From Acidimicrobiia bacterium (GTDB taxonomy: Bacteria; Actinomycetota; Acidimicrobiia; Spongiisociales; ZC4RG35), in assembly GCA_965203555.1 (NCBI GenBank), contig CBDBCY010000004.1, positions 1,952,001 to 2,016,000 of the forward strand: 64,000 nucleotides of DNA. The letters are read 5' to 3'. Shown here piece by piece: positions 20,543 through 32,316 of the stretch (position 1 is the first letter of the stretch; each line of letters begins with the position of its first letter). Under the pieces are notes generated by a model that worked only from the letters and a program-made list of their open reading frames with translations, searched no databases and had not been told where the DNA came from. A program made the position numbers and the translations under genes.

Positions 20543-21300
20543 GCCGAGACGGGGACATGAGCAGGGCAGACCGGCAGGACCAGGTAGAGAACGCTTCCCG
20601 GCCTCCCTACCGGCCCCACGTGGGAGAGAGCCGCCCTTATCTGCGGGACATGGTGCTGGGAGTGAATGACGGGTTGGTCTCTATATTCCTGCTGGTGGCC
20701 GGCCTGGTCGGCGGCCGGCTCGGCTCGTCGGAGGTCCTGCTGGGCGGCTTGGTGGGCGGCTTGGCCGGGGCTGTTTCCATGGCGCTGGGCGAATACCTGG
20801 CCACCAAGTCCCAAGACGAGGTGTGGGAAGCGGAGTTGGCGCTCGAGGATGAACACATCAAGCACTACCGGGAGGAGGAGGCCGACCAGCTTTACGATCT
20901 GCTGGGACAATTCGGGATCGAGGGGGAAGATCTCGACGAGGCCGTGCGAATCTTCTCGGCGACCGACCAAAGACTCAAGCAAGCCATGGCGGTGCTTGAA
21001 TTCGGAGTGGTCGAATCGGAACGGCGCTCCCCCTATCGGGCGAGCGTGCTGTCCGGAGGTATGTTCCTGACGGGTTCAGCGGTCCCGATAATCCCTTTCC
21101 TGTTCTCCCTTGAGCCTCACGCCAGTCTGCTATGGGCGTTCGGTCTGACCTTCGTCGGCCTGTTCGCGGTGGGGTGGACCAAGACTCGGATTACCAACAA
21201 CCCGGGCGTCCGATCAGGATTGGAAAACATGCTGGTCGCCGGCGCCGGCGCCGTCCTGGCCTGGTGGGTGGGCCGTCTCTTGGATATCGGGCTGTCCTGA
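20539..21300 (+). CDS. VIT1/CCC1 family Fe/Mn transporter
   Basis: [26 protein letters not shown], several TM helices. Confidence 0.9.
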   Translation: MSRDGDMSRADRQDQVENASRPPYRPHVGESRPYLRDMVLGVNDGLVSIFLLVAGLVGGRLGSSEVLLGGLVGGLAGAVSMALGEYLATKSQDEVWEAELALEDEHIKHYREEEADQLYDLLGQFGIEGEDLDEAVRIFSATDQRLKQAMAVLEFGVVESERRSPYRASVLSGGMFLTGSAVPIIPFLFSLEPHASLLWAFGLTFVGLFAVGWTKTRITNNPGVRSGLENMLVAGAGAVLAWWVGRLLDIGLS

Positions 21301-21316
21301 TCCTCCCGAGTCCCGC

Positions 21317-21724
21317 TTACCGGTCTCTCAGCGAAGCCTCCTGCTCCGATGCCTGTTGTATCCACATCTGCAGGCTACGGGTGCTGGGCAACCGTCTCAC
21401 GATCCGATGCTCGTGATTTGCCGCGGTCAGCGCCTCCAGAAAATCCTCCACCGAGAGGTCGTGCAGATCCTCCATCTTGTGTACTCCGGCGGCTCTTAGC
21501 AGAGCGGAATACCTTCCGCCTATTCCTCGCAACTGCAACAGGTCGACCGATGTTGCCATGTCCATCAGTTTCTGCCTGTCGATCCCGGTTTCCTGGGATA
21601 GCAAACGCAGGCGGTCCGACTCCCGAGTTCTTTCAACAAAGGCTTCCGTTGTCTTGATTCCCGCTTTTCTCAACCGCGTCGCGGAAAGGTGGTCGATACC
21701 TGCGATCTGCCCGATAGCGGTCAC
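21317..21724 (-). CDS. DUF4332-like helix-hairpin-helix protein
   Basis: IAGID...LRKAGIKT, DLLQLRGIGGRYSALLRAAGV, RRLPS....WI.QA. Confidence 0.8.
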   Translation of the reverse strand: MTAIGQIAGIDHLSATRLRKAGIKTTEAFVERTRESDRLRLLSQETGIDRQKLMDMATSVDLLQLRGIGGRYSALLRAAGVHKMEDLHDLSVEDFLEALTAANHEHRIVRRLPSTRSLQMWIQQASEQEASLRDR

Positions 21725-22380
21725 GATGCCCCATTCCTCCGGTGTCTGCCTGGCAAGTGGTTGTCTCCGATCGCCTGTTCCGTATGCAGCTTCGGCCCAC
21801 GGGGTTTCAGTCTCTCCACATCCTCCTGGTCATCCACATCCTCGGGGGGCGATTCCGGCAACCAGACTTCGGTGATCCACTCGGGGTGGGACTTGAAGAG
21901 TTGCATTGCGCCGCGATCTCCGTCCAGCATCATCAACCGGCGCCAAAGCACCCTGTCGACCAGGACGGGATTGGAGTGGGTGTAGCGATACCTGGGTATC
22001 ACCGCCGGGGTAATCCCCGGCCGGTAGGCCTCCCGCAGCCGGGCGGCGATCCCGACCTTTACGTCCGGTTGGTCCCCCAGCAGGATCAAGGCGGCGGACA
22101 CCGACGATCCTCGCTCCAGGGCATCCAAACCCACCCGTAGAGACCCAGCCATACCTGTTTCCCACTCGTGGTTGACCACCACCTGACAGTGGGAAAAGTC
22201 CACTCCTTCCAGTATGAGATCATGAGCCGCTCCCAGCACCACCCATGTTTCTTCCGAACCCATTGCCAAAGCCGTTTCCAGGACTGTCCCCAGCAGGGTG
22301 GTTTCCCCCCAGGGCTCCAACTGTTTGGGCCTACCCAGCCGGGAGGAACTTCCCGCCGCCAACACCAGATTGGCAATCAT
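21721..22380 (-). CDS. Molybdenum cofactor cytidylyltransferase-like (MocA) nucleotidyltransferase
   Basis: [29 protein letters not shown]. Confidence 0.85.
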   Translation of the reverse strand: MIANLVLAAGSSSRLGRPKQLEPWGETTLLGTVLETALAMGSEETWVVLGAAHDLILEGVDFSHCQVVVNHEWETGMAGSLRVGLDALERGSSVSAALILLGDQPDVKVGIAARLREAYRPGITPAVIPRYRYTHSNPVLVDRVLWRRLMMLDGDRGAMQLFKSHPEWITEVWLPESPPEDVDDQEDVERLKPRGPKLHTEQAIGDNHLPGRHRRNGAS

Positions 22381-23174
22381 GGTTTATCCTGCCGACTCGG
22401 TCGGTGTGGTCTACCGACCAGGTCGAAGGGCATCCTGGGTCGCCTGCGAGTGGAGATTATTTCTCCCAGGATGGCCACCGCCACTTCCGAAGGCGAATCG
22501 GCGCCGATCTCAAGCCCAATCGGCCCCCTGATCCGAGAGATCTCCGCCTCCGAGTACCCGGCTTCAGCAAGCCGGCGCCTCCGGGCGGCGGCGGTGCGCC
22601 TGCTGCCCATTGCTCCTATATACCGAACGGGGGCCCCAAGCACCATCGGCCACAGGGGTGCCTCGAAGCGATCATCGTGGCTGAGCACCACCACGTACGA
22701 TCGATGGTCGAACGAAAGTTGCCTGGTGACTTCGTCCGGCCAACCCACCAGGAGTTGATCCGCGTTGGGAAACCGTTCGGCGGTGAGAAAGGCGGGACGG
22801 GCGTCTGAGACGGTGATGTCAAAGTCAAGGTGCTTGGCCAATGCACATAACGCCTGGGCAATGTGAACCGCTCCAAAGATGATCAGATGAGGCCGTGGAA
22901 TAATCACATCGATGAACACAGCCTGCTCCCCGTAGGAAACCGCCATGGACCGTTCCCGAGCCATCAACGTACGGGCATCGGCTATAACCTGCGCAACCAA
23001 CCGGTCGGGAAGTTCCCCGGCCACCAGACCCTTTTCAAAGTCCACCGCTGCCGAAGCGCCGGTTGGCGTCCCTTCCACTACGGTCGCCCTAGCCCCCAAC
23101 CGCCGGTGGGCAATCAATTGGGAGCAGGCAGCCAAGACTTCTGCTTTGTATACAGTCATACGATTGGTAGGCAT
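22377..23174 (-). CDS. XdhC/CoxF family protein, Rossmann part
   Basis: [42 protein letters not shown]. Confidence 0.88.
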   Translation of the reverse strand: MPTNRMTVYKAEVLAACSQLIAHRRLGARATVVEGTPTGASAAVDFEKGLVAGELPDRLVAQVIADARTLMARERSMAVSYGEQAVFIDVIIPRPHLIIFGAVHIAQALCALAKHLDFDITVSDARPAFLTAERFPNADQLLVGWPDEVTRQLSFDHRSYVVVLSHDDRFEAPLWPMVLGAPVRYIGAMGSRRTAAARRRRLAEAGYSEAEISRIRGPIGLEIGADSPSEVAVAILGEIISTRRRPRMPFDLVGRPHRPSRQDKP

Positions 23175-23229
23175 ATTTTACAAAACATAAAGCGGGATAT
23201 TGCTCAAAGTAAGCAAGGTTTTCGAGAAA

Positions 23230-23538
23230 TCACCACGATTCGATGAACACCTGGATCGTACCGCCGCAAGATAGTCCCACCGTGAAGGCATCCTCGTCGC
23301 TTATGCCATAGGTAACCAGCCGCGGGCTTCCATCAGCCAAAACCGCAAGGGCATGCTCGAAGACATCGTTCTCCACACAGCCCCCTGACACCGATCCGGC
23401 CATGTCACCGGATGAGGAAACCAGAAATTTCGCCCCAACCGGGCGGGGTGACGGACCCGCGGTGGCCACCACCGTGGCTACCGCCACCTCTTTTCCTTCC
23501 TCCACCCATCGGTTACGAGTTCGCAACGCCTCTTCCAT
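23230..23538 (-). CDS. XdhC/CoxI N-terminal domain protein
   Basis: VATVV...[31 protein letters not shown]; ATG overlaps the coxE-like stop (TAATG). Confidence 0.88.
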   Translation of the reverse strand: MEEALRTRNRWVEEGKEVAVATVVATAGPSPRPVGAKFLVSSSGDMAGSVSGGCVENDVFEHALAVLADGSPRLVTYGISDEDAFTVGLSCGGTIQVFIESW

Positions 23539-24659
23539 TATCTCTTTCGTTCGGGTAGTGTTTCCAGAAGTGTTACCAGCGTAGCAAGGTCGGAAAGTCG
23601 GCCCCCCGCCAAGAAATCGTCCACATGGGGCAACGCAGCTTTCATGCCCCGGGTTTGCGGAGAAAAACCCTCCCTGGAAGCCAAAGGATTTACCCAGATC
23701 AAACGGTAAACGGTCCGGCGGAGTCGCTCCATCTCCTGGGAAAGGACCGCCGGGTCCCCCCTGTCCCAACCGTCGGAGATGATCAGGGTCACGGGCCCGC
23801 CCCTGGTCACCCGTCTACTCCACTCGAAATTGAACGTCCGTAGGCACTCGCCGATCCGGGTGCCTCCCGACCAATCGTCCACCGATTCTGAGACCTGCGC
23901 CAAAGCTTCGGTGGGATTGCGCCGCATCAACTGCCTGGTGATGCGAGAGAGTCGGGTGGAAAAGACGAAAGTCTCCATCTTCCCCAACCGGGCCCGCGCC
24001 GCATGGGCAAAGTAAAGCAGCATCTCCGTGTATCGCTCCATGGAGCCCGAGACATCGGCGATGAACAGGATGGGACGCGGTCGGGTTCTGCGCATGCTCC
24101 TTTCGAAGTCGATGAGGTCTCCTTCAGGCCCCACGCACTTGCGCAGGGTCCTCCGCAGATCCGGCCGGTCCCCCTTGGCGGAGGGACGCCGCCGCCGACT
24201 CCTCGCCGGCGCCGGACGCCAAATCATCTGCGCCAGGAGGTTTCGGACCTCGGCCTGCTCGGCCCTGGTCAACTCCGAGAAGTCTTTATCCGAAAGGCGC
24301 TCTGCCCAGGAAGCGCCGGTGAAGGCCTCCATCTCCGGTCCCGCTGATTCCCCGTCGTTTTCCGCTCCGACCTGCCGGACCCGGCTGATAGTCCACAAGC
24401 GGGGCTTGGGGGGCGCGGTCATGGCTATTCCACTGGAAAGGTTGCGGCCAAAGAACCGCACGAACACCCGGTCGAAAATGGGCAACTGCCATGGCGAAGA
24501 GACGGTCAGACAGCGAAACGCCGCGTGCACATCGGCGCCGGAGGCCAAACCCACCTCGTCGATGGCCGCCACCAGGTCGGCGGCGGTTGTGGATCCCACC
24601 GACAGCCCCTCGGAGCGCAACTCGCGGACGAACTCCACCAGGGTCTGGGCGCCGGGCAT
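23538..24659 (-). CDS. CoxE-like VWA domain protein
   Basis: [42 protein letters not shown]. Confidence 0.9.
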   Translation of the reverse strand: MPGAQTLVEFVRELRSEGLSVGSTTAADLVAAIDEVGLASGADVHAAFRCLTVSSPWQLPIFDRVFVRFFGRNLSSGIAMTAPPKPRLWTISRVRQVGAENDGESAGPEMEAFTGASWAERLSDKDFSELTRAEQAEVRNLLAQMIWRPAPARSRRRRPSAKGDRPDLRRTLRKCVGPEGDLIDFERSMRRTRPRPILFIADVSGSMERYTEMLLYFAHAARARLGKMETFVFSTRLSRITRQLMRRNPTEALAQVSESVDDWSGGTRIGECLRTFNFEWSRRVTRGGPVTLIISDGWDRGDPAVLSQEMERLRRTVYRLIWVNPLASREGFSPQTRGMKAALPHVDDFLAGGRLSDLATLVTLLETLPERKR

Positions 24660-24665
24660 CCCGTC

Positions 24666-25562
24666 TCAGCCTCCCGCCCGAACCAGGCTCTCCACTCCCC
24701 TTTGCGTGACCGCTTCCACATCTTCACGGTACTTGAGCACCACCCCCAGCGTGTCCCGCACGGTCTCGACGCTCAATTCGGCGGCGCCCAGCACTCGCAG
24801 GGCGCGAGCCCAGTCCAATGTCTCGGCCACCCCGGGCGGCTTGAACAGCTCCAAGGCGCGAAGATCGGACATCGCCTCGGCCAGTTGGCGGGCCAGTCGC
24901 AAGTCGATATCCGGTACCTTGGCCCGTACGATCGCCACTTCCCGGTCCAGGTCGGGAAAGTCCAACCAGTGGTAGATGCATCTTCTCTTGAGCGCATCGT
25001 GAATCTCCCGGGTACGGTTGGATGTGATCACCACCACCGGAGGGACGACCGCCTTCACTACCCCTATCTCGGGGATGGTCACCTGGAAGTCGGAGAGTAT
25101 CTCCAACAGGAAGGCCTCGAATTCTTCATCGGCCCGATCGAGTTCATCTATCAGCAGCACCGGCGGTTTGCCGGCCGCCGACGAGTGCTCCACGGCCTGT
25201 AGCAGCGGGCGGGCCAAGAGATACTCCCGGTTCATGATGCTGTCAATGGAAACGCGATCCTCTCCCCCTCCGGCCTCGATCAGCCGAATGGCGAGCATCT
25301 GCCGAGCGTAGTCCCACTCATAGAGGGCGTGGTTGGCATCCAGGCCCTCATAGCACTGCAATCTGATGAGCTCTGTGTCCAGGACCCGGGACAGCACTTT
25401 GGCCACCTCGGTCTTCCCCACCCCCGCCTCGCCTTCCAGGAACAGGGGACGGCCGAGACTGTGCGCCAGATGGATGGCCACCGCCAGGCTGCGGTCCGCC
25501 AGATAGCGGCAAGCGGCAAAAGCGGTGGTTACTTCATCTACCGAACGGGGCGTCACGCCCAT
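24666..25562 (-). CDS. CoxD-like MoxR AAA+ ATPase
   Basis: LEGEAGVGKTE, RLQCYEGLD, LLIDELDRAD, TSNRTREIHDALKRRC. Confidence 0.92.
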   Translation of the reverse strand: MGVTPRSVDEVTTAFAACRYLADRSLAVAIHLAHSLGRPLFLEGEAGVGKTEVAKVLSRVLDTELIRLQCYEGLDANHALYEWDYARQMLAIRLIEAGGGEDRVSIDSIMNREYLLARPLLQAVEHSSAAGKPPVLLIDELDRADEEFEAFLLEILSDFQVTIPEIGVVKAVVPPVVVITSNRTREIHDALKRRCIYHWLDFPDLDREVAIVRAKVPDIDLRLARQLAEAMSDLRALELFKPPGVAETLDWARALRVLGAAELSVETVRDTLGVVLKYREDVEAVTQRGVESLVRAGG

Positions 25563-25578
25563 AAACCTTACCCAGAAA

Positions 25579-25616
25579 GGAAGGGGCCCGAGCCGTGGCA
25601 TGCTCGGGCCCCTTCC
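25579..25616 (-). terminator. Rho-independent terminator after the ABC substrate-binding gene
   Basis: 15-bp perfect stem GGAAGGGGCCCGAGC/GCTCGGGCCCCTTCC followed by TTTCT on the minus strand. Confidence 0.75.
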
Positions 25617-25633
25617 ATCTCGTGGCTTTAGGT

Positions 25634-26728
25634 TTATCGGGCAGGTGGCGGGTAGAGGAGACCGCCGTCGCTGTAAAGGGCGTTCAAACCGCGCCCCAGG
25701 CCCAGGGGCGTCAGATGCCGATCGTAGACCTCGGCATAGTTGCCGACCTGCTTAATCACCTGGTAGAAGGCATCGGCAGGCAGACCCATCTTGGTCTGGA
25801 GCTCGTCCTCGGTGGCGCCGAAGAGTCGACTCGCCTCACCGTCGACTTCCATCATGCCGTCGATGTTCGAGGAGGTGATGCCCTTCTCCTCGGCGATCAA
25901 CATGGCGAACACCGTCCACGTGACCACGTCGCCGAAGCGGGACTGGTTCTGGATCCAGCCCGGTCCCAGCGGTTCCTTGGAAATGGGAACGGACGGGAAG
26001 ATCACCCACTCGTCGCCGGGGTCGTCGCTGGCCTTACGCGACACCAACCCGGAACCGTCGGTGGTCACTATATCGCAGGCCTCCGACTTGAAGTTCTCCA
26101 GCACGACATTGAAGTCTTCGAATGTGTTCAGGGTCATGTTGATACCCATGGATGCCGCCGTCTCGGTGATGTTCTTCTCGGTTGTGGTACCGGCGTTGGT
26201 GCACACCACCGCGCCTTCGATCTCATCCAACGTTGACATCGAGGTGAATCCGTCAGCGCTTCTCGCCATCAATTGCTGCCCGTCGTAGTAGGTGGTCGGA
26301 CCGAAGTCCAAGCCCAGGTCCGTATCGCGGCTCTGTGTCCAAGTGGTGTTGCGGCTCAGAAGGTCGATGAGACCCGAGTTAACCGCCTCGAACCGGGCTG
26401 CAGCGGTCAACGCCTCGTACCTCACCGCCTCCGCATCGCCGAAGATGGCCGCTGCCACCGCCCGGCACAGATCGATGTCAAAGCCAACAAAGGCGCCGGC
26501 CGTGTCCTTGGAGCCGAATCCCGGCAGGGTCTCGTTTACGCCGCAGTTCAACTCGCCTCGGGCAGAAACCACATCCAGCAGATCTTCAGTCTCCACGGGA
26601 ACTTCCACAACAACGGTTTCCGGCGTTTGGGAGGCTGCCGCAGCCGTGGTCGGCGTCTCCTCGGTTTCTCCGCCACAGGCAGCCACAACCAGGGCCAGGG
26701 CAACCAGCGCGATAGCTGTTCTTTTCAT
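25634..26728 (-). CDS. General L-amino acid ABC transporter substrate-binding lipoprotein (AapJ/BztA-like)
   Basis: Lipobox VVAAC; RGELNCGV, GFDIDLCRAVAAA, LSRNTTWT..RD, ISKEPLGP, VGNYAEVY, LYPPPAR. Confidence 0.9.
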   Translation of the reverse strand: MKRTAIALVALALVVAACGGETEETPTTAAAASQTPETVVVEVPVETEDLLDVVSARGELNCGVNETLPGFGSKDTAGAFVGFDIDLCRAVAAAIFGDAEAVRYEALTAAARFEAVNSGLIDLLSRNTTWTQSRDTDLGLDFGPTTYYDGQQLMARSADGFTSMSTLDEIEGAVVCTNAGTTTEKNITETAASMGINMTLNTFEDFNVVLENFKSEACDIVTTDGSGLVSRKASDDPGDEWVIFPSVPISKEPLGPGWIQNQSRFGDVVTWTVFAMLIAEEKGITSSNIDGMMEVDGEASRLFGATEDELQTKMGLPADAFYQVIKQVGNYAEVYDRHLTPLGLGRGLNALYSDGGLLYPPPAR

Positions 26729-26900
26729 AAAGTCCTCCTCTTTCCGGGCCAGCCAGGCAGCCAACCTCATGGATCACAGATCGGGCGCGGCCCCGCGCTG
26801 TCGAGCGGGTGATGCGCCCGCACAATTATACACCCCAGCGGCCTTTTGTTTCGGCAACCGTGAAACTGTTGCCGAAGCGAAGCAATCGGCCCGGCGCGCT

Positions 26901-28265
26901 CTATTCTTCTGTCGGCGACTGTTCGACGTTGTGAGGTTTCAATCTCAACAGGAGATAACCCAAAAGCCCCGCCAAAACCGACCCGATCAGTATTCCCAGC
27001 TTGGCCTGATCTGTTAGCGCCGGGTCGACGAAGGCCAGGCTGGACACAAAGATAGCCACGGTGAAGCCGATCCCGGCCACCGCCGCCAATGCCACCACAT
27101 CCAGGCCCGTCACGCCTTCCGGCATTCGTCCCCATCCGATCTTTACCGCCAGCCAGGTGAAGAGGCTGATCCCCACGGTCTTGCCCACCAAGAGCCCGAG
27201 GGCGGTTCCAATCGCCACCGGCTGGAGCAATTGCGTCATGTCTCCCTCCACGCGCACGCCGGCATTGCCCAGCGCGAAAATGGGAAGCACCATGAAGGAA
27301 CTCCAAGCCAACAGTCGATGCTCGTTCCTGGCCAGCGGTGCCACCGATTCCCGCGCCACCTCCGCCAAGGTCATTATCTGGTGGTCGGCCTCTTCCCGCT
27401 GACGATAGGTGACTATGTGCCTCGGGAAAGACCCGAGCAGGTTGTATCCCTTGTCGTAGAGTTCCTCCGCCGAGTACATGGGGCGGGCCGGGGTTATGAA
27501 GGCCAGGGCGACCCCCACAAGGGTGGGATGAACCCCCGATTCATGGATGCAGAACCAAGCCACCAGCGCCATGGGGATATAGAAGGTGCGGGCCCGGATA
27601 CCGACCCTGCCGGCGATCGCCACCACCACCAGCGCAAGAATTCCCCAGGTCAGCCAATTCCACCGCAAGCTTCCCGAATAGAAAAAGGCGATGATCACGA
27701 TCGCTCCCACGTCATCGGCGATCGCCAACGCCAGCAGGAACAGCTTGGCGCCCGGCGAGACCCGTTTCCCGAGAAGGGAGAGCACTCCCAGGGAAAAAGC
27801 GATGTCGGTAGCCGTCGGGACCGCCCAGCCGTTCAGGGCCTCGCCGCCTTCTCCCATCACCATCAGCAGGTAAACCAACGCCGGCACCAGCATCCCCCCG
27901 GCCGCCGCCAGCACCGGCAGCGCCGCCGCCCGGGGATCCCGCAACCGCCCCAGCACCACCTCCCGCTTTATCTCCAGGCCCACCACGAAAAAGAAGATGG
28001 CCATCAGGGCGTCATTTACGAAGATCTGCAGAGACTCCGACAGATGGATCGGGCCGACCGCAAACTCCACATGGGTGTTCCACAAAGCGAAATAGCTGTC
28101 GGCCCACGGGGAGTTGGCCCAGACCATGGCGGCGGCCGCCATAAACAGCAGGACACCCCCGGTGGAGGCCTCTATCCGCATGAATTTCTGAATGGGGCGG
28201 ACAAACCGACGGGGAACGAACCGATTGGAGTCGATCCAGGTTTCGTGAAGCGGTTCTCTCAGCAT
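26901..28265 (-). CDS. nhaA: Na+/H+ antiporter NhaA
   Basis: NDALMAIFFFVVGLEIKRE, ATDIAF, LAIADD, GKTVGI, GIGFTVAIF. Confidence 0.95.
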   Translation of the reverse strand: MLREPLHETWIDSNRFVPRRFVRPIQKFMRIEASTGGVLLFMAAAAMVWANSPWADSYFALWNTHVEFAVGPIHLSESLQIFVNDALMAIFFFVVGLEIKREVVLGRLRDPRAAALPVLAAAGGMLVPALVYLLMVMGEGGEALNGWAVPTATDIAFSLGVLSLLGKRVSPGAKLFLLALAIADDVGAIVIIAFFYSGSLRWNWLTWGILALVVVAIAGRVGIRARTFYIPMALVAWFCIHESGVHPTLVGVALAFITPARPMYSAEELYDKGYNLLGSFPRHIVTYRQREEADHQIMTLAEVARESVAPLARNEHRLLAWSSFMVLPIFALGNAGVRVEGDMTQLLQPVAIGTALGLLVGKTVGISLFTWLAVKIGWGRMPEGVTGLDVVALAAVAGIGFTVAIFVSSLAFVDPALTDQAKLGILIGSVLAGLLGYLLLRLKPHNVEQSPTEE

Positions 28266-28271
28266 CCCTGA

Positions 28272-29306
<1,035 letters not shown>

Positions 29307-29359
29307 TTATCACCTCCGACCAAAGCTTATACCACTTCAAAATAGCACTGGGCGACCAA

Positions 29360-29935
29360 CTATCTCTTCACCTCGGCCCGCCCCAGAAAGTTGCCCAGCA
29401 GGCGCTTCCCCTCCGAGGTAAGAATGCTCTCGGGATGAAACTGCACACCCGCCACCGGCAAAGACCGGTGGCGGACGCCTTGGATCACGCCCTCCTCGCT
29501 CCAGGCGCAGGCCTCCAAGTCCGCAGGCAGCCCGGTGATAGCCAACGAGTGGTAGCGAGTGGCCACAAAAGGATTCTCGCATCCTTTAAAGACCCCTTTC
29601 TGGTCGTGTCTTATAGGAGATGTCTTACCGTGACGAGGCTCAGGCGCAGGTCCCACCTGCCCGCCATAAGCGACGGCCACCGCCTGGTGCCCGAGGCAGA
29701 CACCCAGAGTAGGGATCCTGGACCCGAAAGCCTTGACGTAGTCGACCGAGTACCCGGCGTTTTCCGGGCGGCCGGGACCTGGAGAGATCACCAACCTGTC
29801 CACCTCCCAGCCCAAAGCCTCCTCCGCCGTGGTTACATCGCTTCTCACCACCAGTGGTTCGGCGCCGAGTTCGCCACAGTACTGGGCCAGGTTGAAGGTG
29901 AACGAGTCGTAATTATCAAGAATCAGAACCCGCAT
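29360..29935 (-). CDS. Aminodeoxychorismate/anthranilate synthase component II (PabA/TrpG-type glutamine amidotransferase)
   Basis: DNYDSFT, SPGPG, GVCLGHQ, RYHSL, QFHPES. Confidence 0.93.
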   Translation of the reverse strand: MRVLILDNYDSFTFNLAQYCGELGAEPLVVRSDVTTAEEALGWEVDRLVISPGPGRPENAGYSVDYVKAFGSRIPTLGVCLGHQAVAVAYGGQVGPAPEPRHGKTSPIRHDQKGVFKGCENPFVATRYHSLAITGLPADLEACAWSEEGVIQGVRHRSLPVAGVQFHPESILTSEGKRLLGNFLGRAEVKR

Positions 29936-30050
29936 CACTACGCCAGAATACCAAAGACTCCCAGGCCGTTCCTCCATGTGAGAACAGATGCGTCAACTGC
30001 CGTACACCGGATGGGGCGGGTAACTGCCCGCTACTCTCTAGGATGGAAAG

Positions 30051-30287
30051 ATGCCAGTCTCAAAGAAACGCAAAGGCGCCCGCACCCGCAAACCCACACC
30101 ACCTCGCAATCCGGTGAAAGCCTCCCGCCCTTCGCCGAGATGGTATGTGATAACCATGGCCGGGCTGATGGGGGTGGGATTGATTCTGGTCCTGCTCCGC
30201 TTTGTCCTGGGTCTTGACCAACTGTGGCTGGTGGGTGGCCTAGCCCTCATCGCGGTGGGCTTCCTGATGACCACCAGATACCGCTAG
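30051..30287 (+). CDS. crgA: Cell division protein CrgA
   Basis: MPVSKKRK...PSPRWY, two TM helices, ends GFLMTTRYR; adjacent to pabA/trpG as in other Actinobacteria. Confidence 0.85.
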   Translation: MPVSKKRKGARTRKPTPPRNPVKASRPSPRWYVITMAGLMGVGLILVLLRFVLGLDQLWLVGGLALIAVGFLMTTRYR

Positions 30288-30544
30288 CCCGAAACCTCCG
30301 GTCGCCACACCGCCACCATCTCCTCTCGACAGTGCCGGGGCGCGGCTGTCTCCGATAAGCTGGCCACTCTCACCGTAAGCTCCGTGCCGCACAGGGTACA
30401 TCGGTAGTCCTGCACGACTTTCACCACCATGGCGGAATCCGGCTTCTCCGGCGGGGCCGCCAAGGCTCGCAGAAACCAAAGGCACAATCGCCAGACTGCC
30501 ACCCCGATCAGGAGGGCGATGATCAGATTCAGGGGGCTGATCAC
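30284..30544 (-). CDS. Small membrane-anchored hypothetical protein with CxxC...HC motif
   Basis: N-terminal TM helix, YRCTLCG...PRHCREEM; GTG start 22 nt after the thiolase stop. Confidence 0.65.
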   Translation of the reverse strand: MISPLNLIIALLIGVAVWRLCLWFLRALAAPPEKPDSAMVVKVVQDYRCTLCGTELTVRVASLSETAAPRHCREEMVAVWRPEVSG

Positions 30545-30566
30545 CGCCGGTGAAAGCGTTGGCGGT

Positions 30567-31742
30567 TCAGAGCTTCTCGATGATGGTGGCGTTGGCCATC
30601 CCGCCGCCCTCGCACATTGACTGCAGGCCATAGCGGGTTCCGGTGCGAACCATCTCATGGACCAAGGTGGTGAGCAACTTGGCGCCCGAGGCGCCCAGGG
30701 GGTGTCCCAGGGCTATGGCTCCCCCGTTTACGTTGGTGCGTTCCCAAAGTCCTTCCACATCGCTGCCGCCGTGCTCTGCCCGCCAAGCGCCCACGACCGA
30801 AGAGAACGCCTCGTTGATCTCGAACAGTCCTATATCGTCAATGGTGAGACCGGCCCGATCCAGAGCTTTGGCCGTGGCCGGGATCGGTCCGGTGAGCATC
30901 ATCACCGGATCTACACCCGCCAATGCGAAGGAGACGAACCGCGCCATGGGCGTCAGGTCGAGTTGGGCAGCCCGCTCTTCGCTCATGATCAGGACCGCAG
31001 CCGAGCCATCGGAGATCTGTGAAGAGTTCCCGGCGGTTATCTTGCCGTCCGCCTTGAAGGCGGGCGGAAGACCGGCCAAGGCCTGCATGCTGGTGGTCCG
31101 GCGGATTCCCTCGTCACGGGTCATTATCTCTTCAACTCCGCCTACAGTCACGGTAACCGGTTGGATCTGGGCCTGGAAGCGTCCTTCATCCGTGGCGCGA
31201 GCTGCCTTCTGGTGAGACTGGAGTGAAATCAGATCGAGTTCTTCACGGCTCAGCCCCCACTTGTCGGCGATCATTTCGGCAGAAATGCCCTGAGGAACCA
31301 GGCCGTTGGCATAACGTTCCATCACCTGGGGCCCGAAGGGAAGACCGGGACCCTGCTCAGCTGTGATGCCCATCGGAACCCGGGTCATCGATTCCACCCC
31401 GGCAGCGATTACCGCGTCGTAAGCCCCGGCTATCACCCCCTGAGCAGCGAAGTGCGCCGCCTGCTGCGAGGAGCCACACTGGCGGTCGATGGTGACTCCC
31501 ACGACATCCTCGGGGAATCCGGCGGCCAATGCGGCGTTGCGAGCCACATTCAGGCCCTGCTCGCCGGTCTGGCTCACGCATCCGCAAATCACATCCTCTA
31601 CCAGGCCTGGATCCAAATCGTTGCGCTCTACGAGAGCAGCCAGGGAAATAGCCGCCAAGTCGACCGCGTGGATTCCGGATAGCTTGCCCTTCCGCTTGCC
31701 TGCCGGAGTACGCACGGCATCTACGATTACAGCCGATTTCAT
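30567..31742 (-). CDS. Acetyl-CoA C-acyltransferase (thiolase)
   Basis: RQCGSSQQA, EINEAF, GAIALGHPLGASG, MCEGGG. Confidence 0.95.
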   Translation of the reverse strand: MKSAVIVDAVRTPAGKRKGKLSGIHAVDLAAISLAALVERNDLDPGLVEDVICGCVSQTGEQGLNVARNAALAAGFPEDVVGVTIDRQCGSSQQAAHFAAQGVIAGAYDAVIAAGVESMTRVPMGITAEQGPGLPFGPQVMERYANGLVPQGISAEMIADKWGLSREELDLISLQSHQKAARATDEGRFQAQIQPVTVTVGGVEEIMTRDEGIRRTTSMQALAGLPPAFKADGKITAGNSSQISDGSAAVLIMSEERAAQLDLTPMARFVSFALAGVDPVMMLTGPIPATAKALDRAGLTIDDIGLFEINEAFSSVVGAWRAEHGGSDVEGLWERTNVNGGAIALGHPLGASGAKLLTTLVHEMVRTGTRYGLQSMCEGGGMANATIIEKL

Positions 31743-32316
31743 CTTCCTCGCTCCTCTCGGGTTCGTCTTGTCGCTAAGAACGGCGTGGAGCCGATGTCAA
31801 CGCTGATTGGACTCTAGTGGTGTTTCTACGCCCTCCAATAGCGCTGTGTCGTCTCTCTCGGTTGGTGTTTCCCCTGTTCATGGCCTATTTGTGGTTGGGT
31901 GTTGTGTCAGGGGCCTTCACCCCATCGCACGGTCGAAAGTGGTACTGGGAGCGGTATGGACACCGACACCTGACGTGATCCCGCCAGAAATCAACCGGTT
32001 TCAAACTCCAATATTAGCGAGGAGGGACATCGGGGATGAACCGACTAAAACAAACTTCAGCCCCTTTCGTGAGAACTGTCACTTGCCCAGGTCGCTACGG
32101 CTACGGACGGGAACCATGGTCTGAGCCTGACGGTCAGACCCATCCAAATCAAGGGACGGCTCTCGAAGACTTGGGTTCAAAGGATTCGGAACCTGAATCC
32201 AAGGGCCCCCCATACGCCACAAAGAGAGTTGCCGCTTACCGCGACCTACGGGAGATTGTCAACCAGCAACCGCCCTACACCTCTGAGTTGTGCCAGATTG
32301 CAATCGGGGCCGCATC

